Shown here: piece by piece, positions 19,403 through 28,719 of the stretch | How positions within the stretch are numbered: position 1 is the first letter of the stretch | How the letters are laid out: each line of letters starts with the position of its first letter | DNA from: an uncultured Saprospiraceae bacterium | GTDB taxonomy: Bacteria > Bacteroidota > Bacteroidia > Chitinophagales > Saprospiraceae | Direction: 5' to 3' | Length of the DNA stretch: 64,000 bases | NCBI GenBank assembly: GCA_964646615.1 | Contig: CAZYEV010000006.1 | Coordinates: 951-64,950 of the forward strand | Position numbers and translations under genes: made by a program | The notes under the pieces: generated by a model | Database searches by the model: none | What the model was told of the DNA's origin: nothing | Seen by the model: the letters and a program-made list of their open reading frames with translations, nothing else

Positions 19403-19420
19403 GGCTAAACTTGTTTGGCC
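19403..19420. repeat. REP-like imperfect palindrome, copy B of locus 2
   Basis: ggctaaacttgtttggcc, the same AAACTTGTTTGG core, 8 nt after copy A. Confidence 0.8.
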
Positions 19421-19494
19421 CGACCCTTAAAAAGCCAGGATACAACCCTGAGCATAAGTTTCGGCAAGGTGGGCGCCTCGCCAGAGCCGGGAGT

Positions 19495-20034
19495 TTACGA
19501 TACCGGTTTTCGCATCACCCAGTCGGGTTGTGGGTCGGCGCCAACCCAGAAGGTTTCCGTGCCGAAGATGCGGAAGCCGTTTTTTTCATAAAACCGCACG
19601 GCGCGCGGCGCTTCCTGCCACACGCTCAGCCATAGCCAGGTGGCGCCGGTCTGGCGGGCCTGTTCTTCGGCGAAGGCGAGCAGGCGTCCGCCCAGACCGT
19701 GACCCTGCCAGGGAGCATCCACGTAAATGCGCTCGATTTGCAGGGGCTTTCCGGGCCACAGCGGTTGCTCCAGACGGGCGGAGGCCCCGGGCAGCTGGCC
19801 GATATTCAGTTTCAAGTAGGCCACGGGCGTGTTTTTCTGCAGGGCAAAGTAGAACCCTGCGTCTGGGGCGGCCATTTCGGCGGCGAAGCGTTCGAGGGTG
19901 AAGTGCGTGCGGCAGTAGTCTTCGAAGTGCACCGGGTTGTTTTGCGCCTGCCAGGCTTCGCGGAAGGTGCGCTCGGCCAGCTGAAGCAGTAGCGGTAGTT
20001 CGTCCGGTTCGACGGGTCGGATGCTCAGGCTCAT
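19495..20034 (-). CDS. GNAT-family N-acetyltransferase
   Basis: The acetyl-CoA-binding segment VDAPWQGHGLGGRLLAFAEEQAR fits Q/RxxGxG/A. The ATG at 20034 overlaps the dapB stop (ATGA). Confidence 0.75.
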   Translation of the reverse strand: MSLSIRPVEPDELPLLLQLAERTFREAWQAQNNPVHFEDYCRTHFTLERFAAEMAAPDAGFYFALQKNTPVAYLKLNIGQLPGASARLEQPLWPGKPLQIERIYVDAPWQGHGLGGRLLAFAEEQARQTGATWLWLSVWQEAPRAVRFYEKNGFRIFGTETFWVGADPQPDWVMRKPVS

Positions 20035-20762
20035 AAGTGGCTCAGGTTCAGGACGTCGCTCATGCGGAAGACCCCTTTCTTCCCAATAATCCATTCAGCG
20101 GCCAGCACAGCACCGGCGGCGAAGCCAGCGCGCGAGTGGGCAGTGTGGCGAATTTCGAGGGTATCTATGGCCGAGTCCCAGCGGACGATGTGCGTGCCGG
20201 GTATTTCGCCGCGGCGTATGGCCGTCACGGGCAGTGCATCGGGTGGTGCGGGTTGGCCGGTAGCCGGTAGCCAGTGTTTGATGCGCGCAGTGTTGGCCAC
20301 CAGTTCGTTGGCCAGCGTTTGCGCTGTGCCGCTGGGGGCGTCCAATTTGTGCACGTGGTGGGTTTCTTCTATAGAGGGAGCGTATTCATCCCGCGCGTCC
20401 ATCAGCCGCGCCAGATAGCGGTTAAGGGCAAAAAGCAGGTTGACGCCAACGCTGAAGTTGGATGCCCACAGCAGCGTGCCGCCGTGCTCCCGGCAGTATT
20501 GCTCGGCCTGAGGCAACTGCTCGCTCCAGCCGGTGGTGCCGCTCACCACGGGCACGCCGGCCTGGAGGCAGGCCATGACGTTGGCAAAGGCAGCGTCGGG
20601 ACGCGAAAATTCGATAACCACGTCGGCCTGGCGCAGCAGCGCGTCCGTCAGCTCGGCGCGGTTCGACCACCCGATGCGCCAGGCAATTTCGTGGTCGCGC
20701 TCCAGTGCCTGAGCCTCTACGGCATGGCCCATTTTTCCATAGCCTAACAAACCTATCTTCAT
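20031..20762 (-). CDS. dapB: 4-hydroxy-tetrahydrodipicolinate reductase
   Basis: MKIGLLGYGKMG NAD-binding N-terminus and EETHHVHKLDAPSGTA signature. ATG verified at 20762. Confidence 0.9.
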   Translation of the reverse strand: MKIGLLGYGKMGHAVEAQALERDHEIAWRIGWSNRAELTDALLRQADVVIEFSRPDAAFANVMACLQAGVPVVSGTTGWSEQLPQAEQYCREHGGTLLWASNFSVGVNLLFALNRYLARLMDARDEYAPSIEETHHVHKLDAPSGTAQTLANELVANTARIKHWLPATGQPAPPDALPVTAIRRGEIPGTHIVRWDSAIDTLEIRHTAHSRAGFAAGAVLAAEWIIGKKGVFRMSDVLNLSHL

Positions 20763-20913
20763 CGTACAGCAAATGACGGCCCGAAGGTAGAGCGCACCTT
20801 TTGAAAACAGAAATCGCATTCAGTGGCAACCTTTCCAGCAATATGGCGTTTGAAGGAAGAAACGAAAACACCCGAACACCGCGCCGCGCCGAAGCGGCGC
20901 ATTTGATTTTTTT

Positions 20914-23202
20914 ATGAAAAAAAACAAAAAAAGCGGCAGCAAAAAGTTGACTGCCAAGGCCTTGCAAATTGAGGTGCTCAAATTTCTGCTGGCCAATCCT
21001 CGAAAAACCTTTGCTCCCGCCGAACTGTCCGAACTGCTCAATGTGGCCAACAACCGCCATTCAGTGGAGCATGCGCTTCAGCAGCTGACCCTGGCCGGCT
21101 CTGTGGAGGTGAAAAAAAACGGGCGCTACGGCGCTGCTTTAGACCGCCTGACGGCAGGCGATGCAAAAGCCGAAAAGACCAGCCCTGCGCCTCCACCGCC
21201 CGCTGCGCCGGTAGGCAAAACCAAAAAGCGCCAACCCGAGCAGCCCAGAATGGTGGAAGGCCGCGTGGACATGACGCGCTCAGGCGCTGCCTACATCGTT
21301 ACTGACGAGACCATGGACGACGTGTTCGTGGCTCCGCGTTACCTCAACGGTGCACTACATGGCGACATCGTGCAGGTGCTGCTCTTCCCAAAAGCCTACG
21401 GACGCCGCGGCGCTCAGCGCCGCCCCGAGGGCGAGGTGCTCAAAGTGCTCAAGCGAGCCAGAGAGTTCTTCATCGGCACGCTGCGCAAAAGCCGCAAGTA
21501 TGCCCTCTTCCTGCCCGACGACCCCAACATGCCTGTTGATGTGTACGTGCCGTTAGACGCCTGCGCCGACGCGCGCGATGGCGACAAAGTCATCGTCCGC
21601 ATCACCGACTGGCAAGAAGGCAAAGGCCGCGTGCCCATCGGCAAGGTTACCCAAACCCTCGGCGCCACCGGCGGGCACGACTTCGAGATGAATAAAATCC
21701 TCATCAATGCCGGCTTCGAACTCACCCACTCGCCCGAAGCGCTGGCCGAAGCCGCCGACATCCCGGATGTCATTCCGCCCGACGAGTACGACCGCCGACG
21801 CGACTTCCGCCCTGTACTCACCTTCACCATTGACCCTGAGGACGCCAAAGACTTCGACGACGCCATCAGCGTGCGCCAACTCGACAACGGCCACTTAGAG
21901 GTGGGCGTCCATATTGCCGACGTTACACATTACCTCAAGCCCGGCACACGCCTCGACGCCGAGGCATACCAGCGCAGCACTTCCGTCTATCTGGTGGACC
22001 GCGTATGCCCCATGCTGCCCGAAAAACTGTCGAACCACCTGTGCTCACTCGTGCCCCACGAAGACCGCTTGACGTTTTCGGCCGTCTTTGAATTCGACGA
22101 GCAAGACCGCATCGTCTCCCGCTGGTTCGGCAAAACGGTCATTCATTCGGCCAAACGCTTCACTTACGAAGAGGCGCAGACCATCTTGGAAGGAAAGCCC
22201 GCCGAAGCCCTGCGCCAGATTGCCATTTACCCGCAATTGGAATGGGCGCTCAAAGCCCTGCAGCGCATCGCCAAAAAGATGCGCCGCGAACGCGAACGCA
22301 ACGGCGCCATCGGCTTCGATACCGATGAGGTGCGCTTCCGCCTCAACGAAGAGGGCATTCCCGTAGAGGCCTACATCAAGGAACGCAAAGACGCTCACCT
22401 GCTCATCGAGGACTTCATGCTGCTGGCCAACAAGGAAGTAGCCCTTTACATCCAGCACAAAAGCGCCGGCCAGCAGGAAATACCGTTCGTCTATCGCATA
22501 CACGACCTGCCCGACATGGAAAAGGTGGCCGAATTCGCCCGCTTCGCCGCCGAAATGGGCTGCCCCCTCAAGGTGAACACGCCGCGCCAAATTGCCGAGT
22601 CGTACAACCTGCTCATGCGCGCCTCTGAAAAAGACCCGCGGCTGAAGATCCTGGAGCCGCTGGCCATTCGCACCATGGCCAAAGCCGTCTATTCGACCCG
22701 AAACATCGGCCACTATGGCTTAGGCTTTTCCCATTACACCCACTTTACCTCGCCCATCCGCCGATACGCCGACGTGCTGGCGCATCGCATTTTGGAAAAA
22801 AACCTTGGCGACACGATTTACCGCGCCAATAAAGAGCGCCTGGAAGAACAGTGCAAACACATCAGCGACCAGGAGCGCAAAGCCGCCGACGCCGAACGCG
22901 AAAGTATCAAGTACGTGCAGGCTCAATTGCTGCGCCGCCACATCGGAGAAGTGTTCGAAGGCTATGTCAGCGGCTTCATCGAGCGCGGCTTCTTCGTAGA
23001 ACTGGCCGACACATTGGCCGAAGGTTTGGTGGATTTCCGCACCTTGCGCGAGGCGTACACCATCGAGGACGGCAACCTGCGCGCCCGCGCCCGTCGCTCG
23101 GGCCACACCATCAAAATGGGCGACCGCGTGCGTGTACGCATCGTGGCCGTAGATACCGCCCGCCGCCAGATTGAAATGGAATGGGTGGAAGAAGAAGCCT
23201 GA
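20914..23202 (+). CDS. rnr: Ribonuclease R
   Basis: Basic N-terminus, cold-shock-like domains, RNB catalytic region (TIDPEDAKDFDDAISV, HYGLGFSHYTHFTSPIRRYAD) and a C-terminal S1 domain. Confidence 0.92.
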   Translation: MKKNKKSGSKKLTAKALQIEVLKFLLANPRKTFAPAELSELLNVANNRHSVEHALQQLTLAGSVEVKKNGRYGAALDRLTAGDAKAEKTSPAPPPPAAPVGKTKKRQPEQPRMVEGRVDMTRSGAAYIVTDETMDDVFVAPRYLNGALHGDIVQVLLFPKAYGRRGAQRRPEGEVLKVLKRAREFFIGTLRKSRKYALFLPDDPNMPVDVYVPLDACADARDGDKVIVRITDWQEGKGRVPIGKVTQTLGATGGHDFEMNKILINAGFELTHSPEALAEAADIPDVIPPDEYDRRRDFRPVLTFTIDPEDAKDFDDAISVRQLDNGHLEVGVHIADVTHYLKPGTRLDAEAYQRSTSVYLVDRVCPMLPEKLSNHLCSLVPHEDRLTFSAVFEFDEQDRIVSRWFGKTVIHSAKRFTYEEAQTILEGKPAEALRQIAIYPQLEWALKALQRIAKKMRRERERNGAIGFDTDEVRFRLNEEGIPVEAYIKERKDAHLLIEDFMLLANKEVALYIQHKSAGQQEIPFVYRIHDLPDMEKVAEFARFAAEMGCPLKVNTPRQIAESYNLLMRASEKDPRLKILEPLAIRTMAKAVYSTRNIGHYGLGFSHYTHFTSPIRRYADVLAHRILEKNLGDTIYRANKERLEEQCKHISDQERKAADAERESIKYVQAQLLRRHIGEVFEGYVSGFIERGFFVELADTLAEGLVDFRTLREAYTIEDGNLRARARRSGHTIKMGDRVRVRIVAVDTARRQIEMEWVEEEA

Positions 23203-23275
23203 AAAAACTACGTCAGTGCAATGCCTATGGGCATGCGTCTGCTCACCATTTCTGGGAAGTCCTTCTTGATGTCCG

Positions 23276-23887
23276 TCAAATCAGCCAATTCGCCGCCAGA
23301 AAGAGCACCAAATAAATCCAGAGCAGGTCTAAGAAGTGCCAGTAGATGGTCAGCAGGCGCAGTTTGAGGCGTTTTTCGGGGTCGGAGAAGTAGAGGAGCA
23401 CTGTGATGGGTTCCACCATTTGCTTGCGGGCAGTGCGGTAAAAGGCCACCAGAAAGGGCAGACCCGCCACCACGTGAGCGAAATGGGCAATCGAGAGTAC
23501 ATAGAGAAAGCCCGCCGTAGTAGAGCTTTGCATACTCACCTGGTTGATGTTGAACAACCACAACCAGGCTGCGCCCTGCATGAGCAGGAAAAGGACGGAA
23601 AGCCAGATGGTGTGCTTAAGGTGCTTCTGATACCCCGCTGTGTCGTCGTTCTGGTAGGCCTTTTTGGCCTGCATCAACGTGTAGCTGCTGCCCAGCAGAA
23701 TAGTGGTGTTGAGCATGAACAGCCACGGCAGGCGCACCGGTGGCACATTCATCGTTACGCGGATGTAGATGTAGCTCGCCGTCAGGGCCAGAAACAGGAG
23801 CGTCAGGCCAAACAGGAGCAAAAATAGCATGACATTGTAGGGGTGGAACGTGAGGTCTTCCTCTAAGGCGCGCGGTTCCTTTTCCAT
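23276..23887 (-). CDS. Cytochrome c oxidase subunit III-like membrane protein
   Basis: 203 aa with 5 predicted TM helices. The HPYNVMLFLLL start and the AHFAHVVAGL / WHFLD segments are typical of the heme-copper oxidase subunit III family. No other oxidase subunit is adjacent. Confidence 0.55.
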   Translation of the reverse strand: MEKEPRALEEDLTFHPYNVMLFLLLFGLTLLFLALTASYIYIRVTMNVPPVRLPWLFMLNTTILLGSSYTLMQAKKAYQNDDTAGYQKHLKHTIWLSVLFLLMQGAAWLWLFNINQVSMQSSTTAGFLYVLSIAHFAHVVAGLPFLVAFYRTARKQMVEPITVLLYFSDPEKRLKLRLLTIYWHFLDLLWIYLVLFLAANWLI

Positions 23888-23891
23888 GTCG

Positions 23892-24773
23892 TCAGGTAGA
23901 AATCAGTGCAATAGCGGCGATGGCCAGCGCAATGCCCCAGCGCTGTAGGCCAGATAAGCGCTCCTGAAACAGCCACACGGCGCCAAAGGTTGTCGTCAGG
24001 ATGATGCCGATGTTCATCAGCGGGAAGGCCACCGAAGCTTCGAGGCCGCTATCCAGCGCGCGCAGCAAAAACCACATGCTGGCATAGTTGGGAATGCCCA
24101 GCAGAATGCCGCCCACCACGTTGCGCCACGAAAAGCGCAGCCGCCCCAGCGCCAGACCGATAATAGCCAGCACCAACCCCAGCAGCCCTGCCGTGCCGAA
24201 AACGGTGGTGATGAAAATAGGACTGCTCGTGTCTGTCAGCCGCTCGTGCTGAACGGTTACCAACACCATCTCAATAACTCCCGACAGCACCCACGTCAGC
24301 AGCGGCACCCACAGCAAACCCATGCCCAATGGTGCCGAAGACGCCGTTGCTGCTGAAGGCGACTCCTGCCGCCAGTTGACCAGCACAATGGCCGCCAATG
24401 CCAGGACAAAACCCGCCCATTTGGCCACCCCCGACGACTCCTGATAGACCCATATTGCAAAAGGCACCGTCAGCAAAATGGACATTTTTTGCATCACCTG
24501 GCTGATGGTTACGCCAAAATAACGCACCGTCTGCGCTGCCGCATTAAAACCCGAAATAAACACCAGACCCAGCATCAGCGCATACGGCATCCAGGCCGCC
24601 GAACGCTCCGCCGACCCAAACGGCAAAACACCGGCGTGCAACCACCCGCATGCCACACACGTGAAGTAATTGACCACAATGGCCTGAAATGTATGCACGC
24701 CATAGCGCTCGAACAACTTGAAAATGAAACCTAACAGGACGGAGCAGGCAATGGCCAAAAGCAGACTAACCAC
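23892..24773 (-). CDS. DMT/EamA-like 10-TM membrane transporter
   Basis: 293 aa, entirely hydrophobic helices arranged as two similar halves. The start codon is GTG. Confidence 0.45.
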   Translation of the reverse strand: MVSLLLAIACSVLLGFIFKLFERYGVHTFQAIVVNYFTCVACGWLHAGVLPFGSAERSAAWMPYALMLGLVFISGFNAAAQTVRYFGVTISQVMQKMSILLTVPFAIWVYQESSGVAKWAGFVLALAAIVLVNWRQESPSAATASSAPLGMGLLWVPLLTWVLSGVIEMVLVTVQHERLTDTSSPIFITTVFGTAGLLGLVLAIIGLALGRLRFSWRNVVGGILLGIPNYASMWFLLRALDSGLEASVAFPLMNIGIILTTTFGAVWLFQERLSGLQRWGIALAIAAIALIST

Positions 24774-24831
24774 ACCAAATACGTTTGTTGTACGGAAAAA
24801 ATGCAGCCAAAAGCTGTTCAGATACCTTCAC

Positions 24832-27588
24832 CTAACCCCTCCCGCTTTCCACAATCATTTGCTGCAATTCAGCATTGAAAGCGTCGGCTTTTTGCAGGGC
24901 TTCTATGGTCAGGTGCATGCGGTATCGCCAGTAGTGGTTGGCGTTGGCCGGTACGTTGATGCGTTCGTCGTGTGGGTTTTCGCGACGCAGAGTGCCGTTG
25001 ATGCTCATGAGGTCCTGTAGTTGGAAGATGGCCCACATGGCCGGGGAGTGCAGGTGTTGGTTGATGAGGATGCGGCACACCCACGGTTCGCAGAAGTAGG
25101 GTGCTGTTCCGGCGTAGCCCATCACTTCGTTGAAGAAGCGCTGCGTGCGTTCGCGGTCTTCTTCCCACCATCCGCGCAGGGTGCTCATGTCGTGGGTAGA
25201 GGGGGTTACGACCGACAGGTAGGGCGCATCTTTGGGGTGGAAGAAGGCCAGGCCGCTGGCTTTAGGCATGCGTTGCACCTCCAGGCTCAGAATGCCCAAT
25301 TCACGCATGACGTCGGGCACACAGTGGGGCACCATACCTAAGTCTTCACCACACACGAGCATGCGCGTGGCGCGCTTGAGGGCGGGCAGTTTCTCCATGG
25401 CTTCGCGTTGCCACAGCGCATCCTGGCGGCGGTAGAAGTAGTCGAGGTAAAGTTCCTTGAGCGGCGCCCTGACGCCGTCGGGCAGCGCCTGAAAAGAGGC
25501 TGTCTTCTCCATATCAATGCGGAAGGCATAGGCCTTTTCTTCGGCGCCCTCTGGCGTTACGTCGAGCAGGACGACGTTGGCGTGCAGGTGCAACAGCCCT
25601 TCGCGCACGATGGGGGGCATGGCGGCAGGGTCGGGTGTTTTGCGGCTGACGCGCTTGCCTTTGGCCTCCGGGGCGGCGGCCAGTGCCCAGAAGGCTTCTA
25701 TTTTTCGCTGAGTGTCGAAGGCGGGTTTGAAGACGTATTGCCCTCCACCCGACCAGTGGCCGGCGTCGGGGGTGCGCTCGAGGAAGGTATCGCGCACGGC
25801 GTCGGCGTATTCGCCGAAGAAGCGGTGCAGCACGGCGTCGGTGATGTACGGCTTGCACAGGCGCTCGTAGTTGAAGCCGATGCCGGCGCGGTGGAATTCG
25901 TCTTCGCGGAGCGGCACTGCGGGTACAAAATGGCCCAGGATGCCTTGCGTGGCGTGGATGGGAATGCTCCAGATGCGGAAAAAGCCCAGGATGTGGTCAA
26001 TGCGGAAGGCGTCGAAATAGCGGCTCATCTGCTCGAAGCGGCGGCGCCACCAGGCATAGCCGTCGGCTTTCATATGCGCCCAGTTGTAAGTGGGGAAGCC
26101 CCAATTCTGGCCACTGACGGCGAAGTCGTCAGGTGGAGCACCGGCCTGCATGTCCATGTTGTAGAGTTCAGGTGCTACCCAGGCGTCGCAGCTGAAACGA
26201 TAGATACCGATGGGAATATCACCCTTGAGCACTACGCCTCGCGCATGGGCATATTCCACAGCGGTGCGCAGCTGGCGGTGCAGGTGCCATTGCACGAAAT
26301 AGTGGATAGCAATAGCATCGTAGTGCTTCGAGTTAGGAGCCGTCAGTTTTTCAATGGCTGAAGGGCGATAGGTGGCGTGCTCCTGCCATTGGCTGAAGTC
26401 GCAGGTGCCGTACTTGTCGCGCAAGAAGCAGAACGCGGCGTAGGGGACCAACCAGTCGCGGTTTTCAGCGAAGTAGCGTTTGAAACCCGGGTTTTGGAGG
26501 AAGTCCTTCTTTTGGGCGGCAAAAAGTTCCTGAATGATGCCCCATTTGGTTCGGATGACGGCCTCGTAGTCCAGGCTTTCCATACCGTTGAGGGCGGTTT
26601 GCTGTTGGGCATAAGGTTCCAGTAAGGCCGCGTGTTCTTCGCCGGCCACTTCGGCCACATTCAGGTAGAGGGGATGCAGGGCAAAGGCCGAAATAGCTGA
26701 GTAAGGATAGGAGTCGGTCCAGGTGCCTGTGGCGGAGGTATCGTTGATGGGCAGCAGTTGGATGAGGCGGATGCCTACCTGCGCTGCCCAGTCCACGAAG
26801 GGGAGCAGGTCGGCAAATTCGCCCACGCCGAAGCTGCGCTCCGTACGCAGGCTGAAGACAGGGATAGCCACGCCCGTGCCGCGCCAATGCGGGGTAGGAA
26901 AGCGAGCAAAGCCATCGTGCAACACCGTGTAACGAGTGCTTGGATGCGGCTGGTGAATGACCCGATTGCTGCCCTGCTCGAAGCCGCGAAAGGTGCGGGT
27001 GCGGGTGTTCCATATGCCGTATTTGTAGCCCAGGGGAAAGGCCTCGTCCGACAGGTCGAGCGCTATACTCCACCCTTGTTCGTCGGGTTGCAGCAAGATG
27101 GGGGCGCTGGTATCCCAGTTGCGCAGCGCGCGTCCGTGTCCCAGCACACACACGGTTTCATCGGGCGGCAACAGGGGGGCTTTCACGCAGAAGCGGTGCG
27201 TCCATCCACCGCTGGCGCGCGTGCGCGCCGGTGGCGAGGGCTGTGGGACCAGCACCCGAAAGGCCTGGGTCTCAAACGCATGTTCCACGGCGCCCATCGG
27301 CTCCCAGTAGTCGTACACCTCGACGTATTCCTCTCCTTCTCCGGCCGTCAGCACCCGGTCGCACCACTCTGTCCGTCGGTTGCCGTAGCCGTCGCGCCAT
27401 TCGTAGTGGTAGCGGATGATATCGCCTTCGGCGGTGTCAAATACCAGCATGCCATGCCACAGGCTATCGTTCAGGTAGTTGAGCAAATGCTCTTCTTCGC
27501 GAACGTCTGAACCGCGTTGTATGCGGACAACGACATAGAGGTTTTCGCCAAATTGCGTCGTGTAGTTGAGGTAGAAATGGATATTCAT
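24832..27588 (-). CDS. malQ: 4-alpha-glucanotransferase (GH77, long DPE2-like form with an N-terminal starch-binding module)
   Basis: N-terminal CBM20-like MNIHFYLNYTTQFGENLYVV...; GH77 segments GVAIPVFSLR, GDIPIGI, FRIDHILGFFRIW, CGEDLGMVP, STHD. ATG verified at 27588. Confidence 0.85.
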   Translation of the reverse strand: MNIHFYLNYTTQFGENLYVVVRIQRGSDVREEEHLLNYLNDSLWHGMLVFDTAEGDIIRYHYEWRDGYGNRRTEWCDRVLTAGEGEEYVEVYDYWEPMGAVEHAFETQAFRVLVPQPSPPARTRASGGWTHRFCVKAPLLPPDETVCVLGHGRALRNWDTSAPILLQPDEQGWSIALDLSDEAFPLGYKYGIWNTRTRTFRGFEQGSNRVIHQPHPSTRYTVLHDGFARFPTPHWRGTGVAIPVFSLRTERSFGVGEFADLLPFVDWAAQVGIRLIQLLPINDTSATGTWTDSYPYSAISAFALHPLYLNVAEVAGEEHAALLEPYAQQQTALNGMESLDYEAVIRTKWGIIQELFAAQKKDFLQNPGFKRYFAENRDWLVPYAAFCFLRDKYGTCDFSQWQEHATYRPSAIEKLTAPNSKHYDAIAIHYFVQWHLHRQLRTAVEYAHARGVVLKGDIPIGIYRFSCDAWVAPELYNMDMQAGAPPDDFAVSGQNWGFPTYNWAHMKADGYAWWRRRFEQMSRYFDAFRIDHILGFFRIWSIPIHATQGILGHFVPAVPLREDEFHRAGIGFNYERLCKPYITDAVLHRFFGEYADAVRDTFLERTPDAGHWSGGGQYVFKPAFDTQRKIEAFWALAAAPEAKGKRVSRKTPDPAAMPPIVREGLLHLHANVVLLDVTPEGAEEKAYAFRIDMEKTASFQALPDGVRAPLKELYLDYFYRRQDALWQREAMEKLPALKRATRMLVCGEDLGMVPHCVPDVMRELGILSLEVQRMPKASGLAFFHPKDAPYLSVVTPSTHDMSTLRGWWEEDRERTQRFFNEVMGYAGTAPYFCEPWVCRILINQHLHSPAMWAIFQLQDLMSINGTLRRENPHDERINVPANANHYWRYRMHLTIEALQKADAFNAELQQMIVESGRG

Positions 27589-27735
27589 ACAAAAGGACAA
27601 ACCGCCCTGCTGCAACGGTCGGCGGCGAAAATAGAGAAAAACCCCAGTTGGCTGCCTTTACAATCCAATGCCACAGGGCAACAGCCTTTGAAAACCGACC
27701 TTGTGCAAAGCTGCTGCAAGGGGTACTCCTGCATT

Positions 27736-27780
27736 CTCAGAGGTGTCGCCTTCTCGTGCTTCGAAGACGACACCTCTGAG
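27736..27780. repeat. GGTGTCG-core hairpin element, copy H1
   Basis: ctcagaggtgtcg-(19 nt)-cgacacctctgag forms a perfect 13-bp stem. It shares gaggtgtcgYcttc and a 19-nt loop with 52934-52972. Confidence 0.8.
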
Positions 27781-27916
27781 GCCCTCCAAAGATTATTCGT
27801 GCATTCGTGATTATCTGACTCCTTTGTGCCTTTATGATGAACCTCATTTGCGGCAACGAACTAATTCGCACTTTTGTGTTCAAACCCGCTTTTGGGCAGT
27901 AAGTGGTTTTTGAGCT

Positions 27917-28678
27917 ATGCGTATTCAGTTGCTCCGCAATGGTCAGGCGGTTTTCGCCGACTTGTCGCGCGGTATTGACCTGTCGCTTCCGCTGCGCGAT
28001 GGGGCTGCTAATCCCAATGCCTTTTGGGCGCCAATGCCGGCGTTTAGCCCGGTGCGTGCGGGCCATTTTGTGGGCAGTACCGCCGAGGGAGGGCCGGTCA
28101 ATTTTTTCAATGTTTTCTTCAATCCGCACGGCAATGGTACGCATACCGAGTGCGTCGGGCACATCGCCCGCGAGCGCTATCTGCTGCGTGAATGCCTGAC
28201 GGAGTGCCATTTCTGGGCCAAAGTGGTGAGCCTGTACCCACGCCGGCTCGATGACGGCGACCGCGTGCTGATGCGCGACCAGCTGGAAGAGGTGCTGACC
28301 ACCGGTGAGGCCGAGGCCTTAGTGATACGCACGCTGCCCAACGACCCCACCAAAAAAATGCGCCAATACTCCGGGACAAACCCGCCCTACCTGCATGCAC
28401 AGGCGGCGGCCCTCCTGGCAGAGTACGGTATCCGCCACCTGCTCATTGACCTACCCTCCATAGACCGCGAAGAAGACGGCGGAGCCTTGGCCGCGCACAA
28501 GGCCTTCTGGCAATACCCCAATGCTGTACGCAGCGATTGCACCATTACCGAACTCATCTACGTGCCCGACGAAGTCGCCGACGGGTTGTATTGGCTTTGT
28601 CTGCAAACGGCTTCGTTCGACCTGGACGTCAGCCCCTCGAGGCCGGTTTTGTTTACCCTTTCCCGAAACGACTCATGA
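27917..28678 (+). CDS. Cyclase-family protein (arylformamidase / kynurenine formamidase-like)
   Basis: HGNGTHTECVGHI resembles the HxGTHxDxPxH metal-binding motif of the putative-cyclase family. Size about 250 aa. Confidence 0.6.
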   Translation: MRIQLLRNGQAVFADLSRGIDLSLPLRDGAANPNAFWAPMPAFSPVRAGHFVGSTAEGGPVNFFNVFFNPHGNGTHTECVGHIARERYLLRECLTECHFWAKVVSLYPRRLDDGDRVLMRDQLEEVLTTGEAEALVIRTLPNDPTKKMRQYSGTNPPYLHAQAAALLAEYGIRHLLIDLPSIDREEDGGALAAHKAFWQYPNAVRSDCTITELIYVPDEVADGLYWLCLQTASFDLDVSPSRPVLFTLSRNDS

Positions 28679-28719
28679 CAAGGCGTCGCGTATTTTTGTC
28701 CGATTAAACCTGCAAAGGC

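Noticed and set aside
23203-23275. Possible terminator between rnr and the CoxIII-like gene
   Set aside because: Only weak, mismatched complementarity (gcaatgcc...gggcatgc) and no T-run are present, so it is not supportable.
25408-26361. 317-aa plus-strand ORF and neighbouring ORFs inside 24832-27615
   Set aside because: These are antisense or out of frame relative to malQ, which carries the GH77 catalytic motifs.
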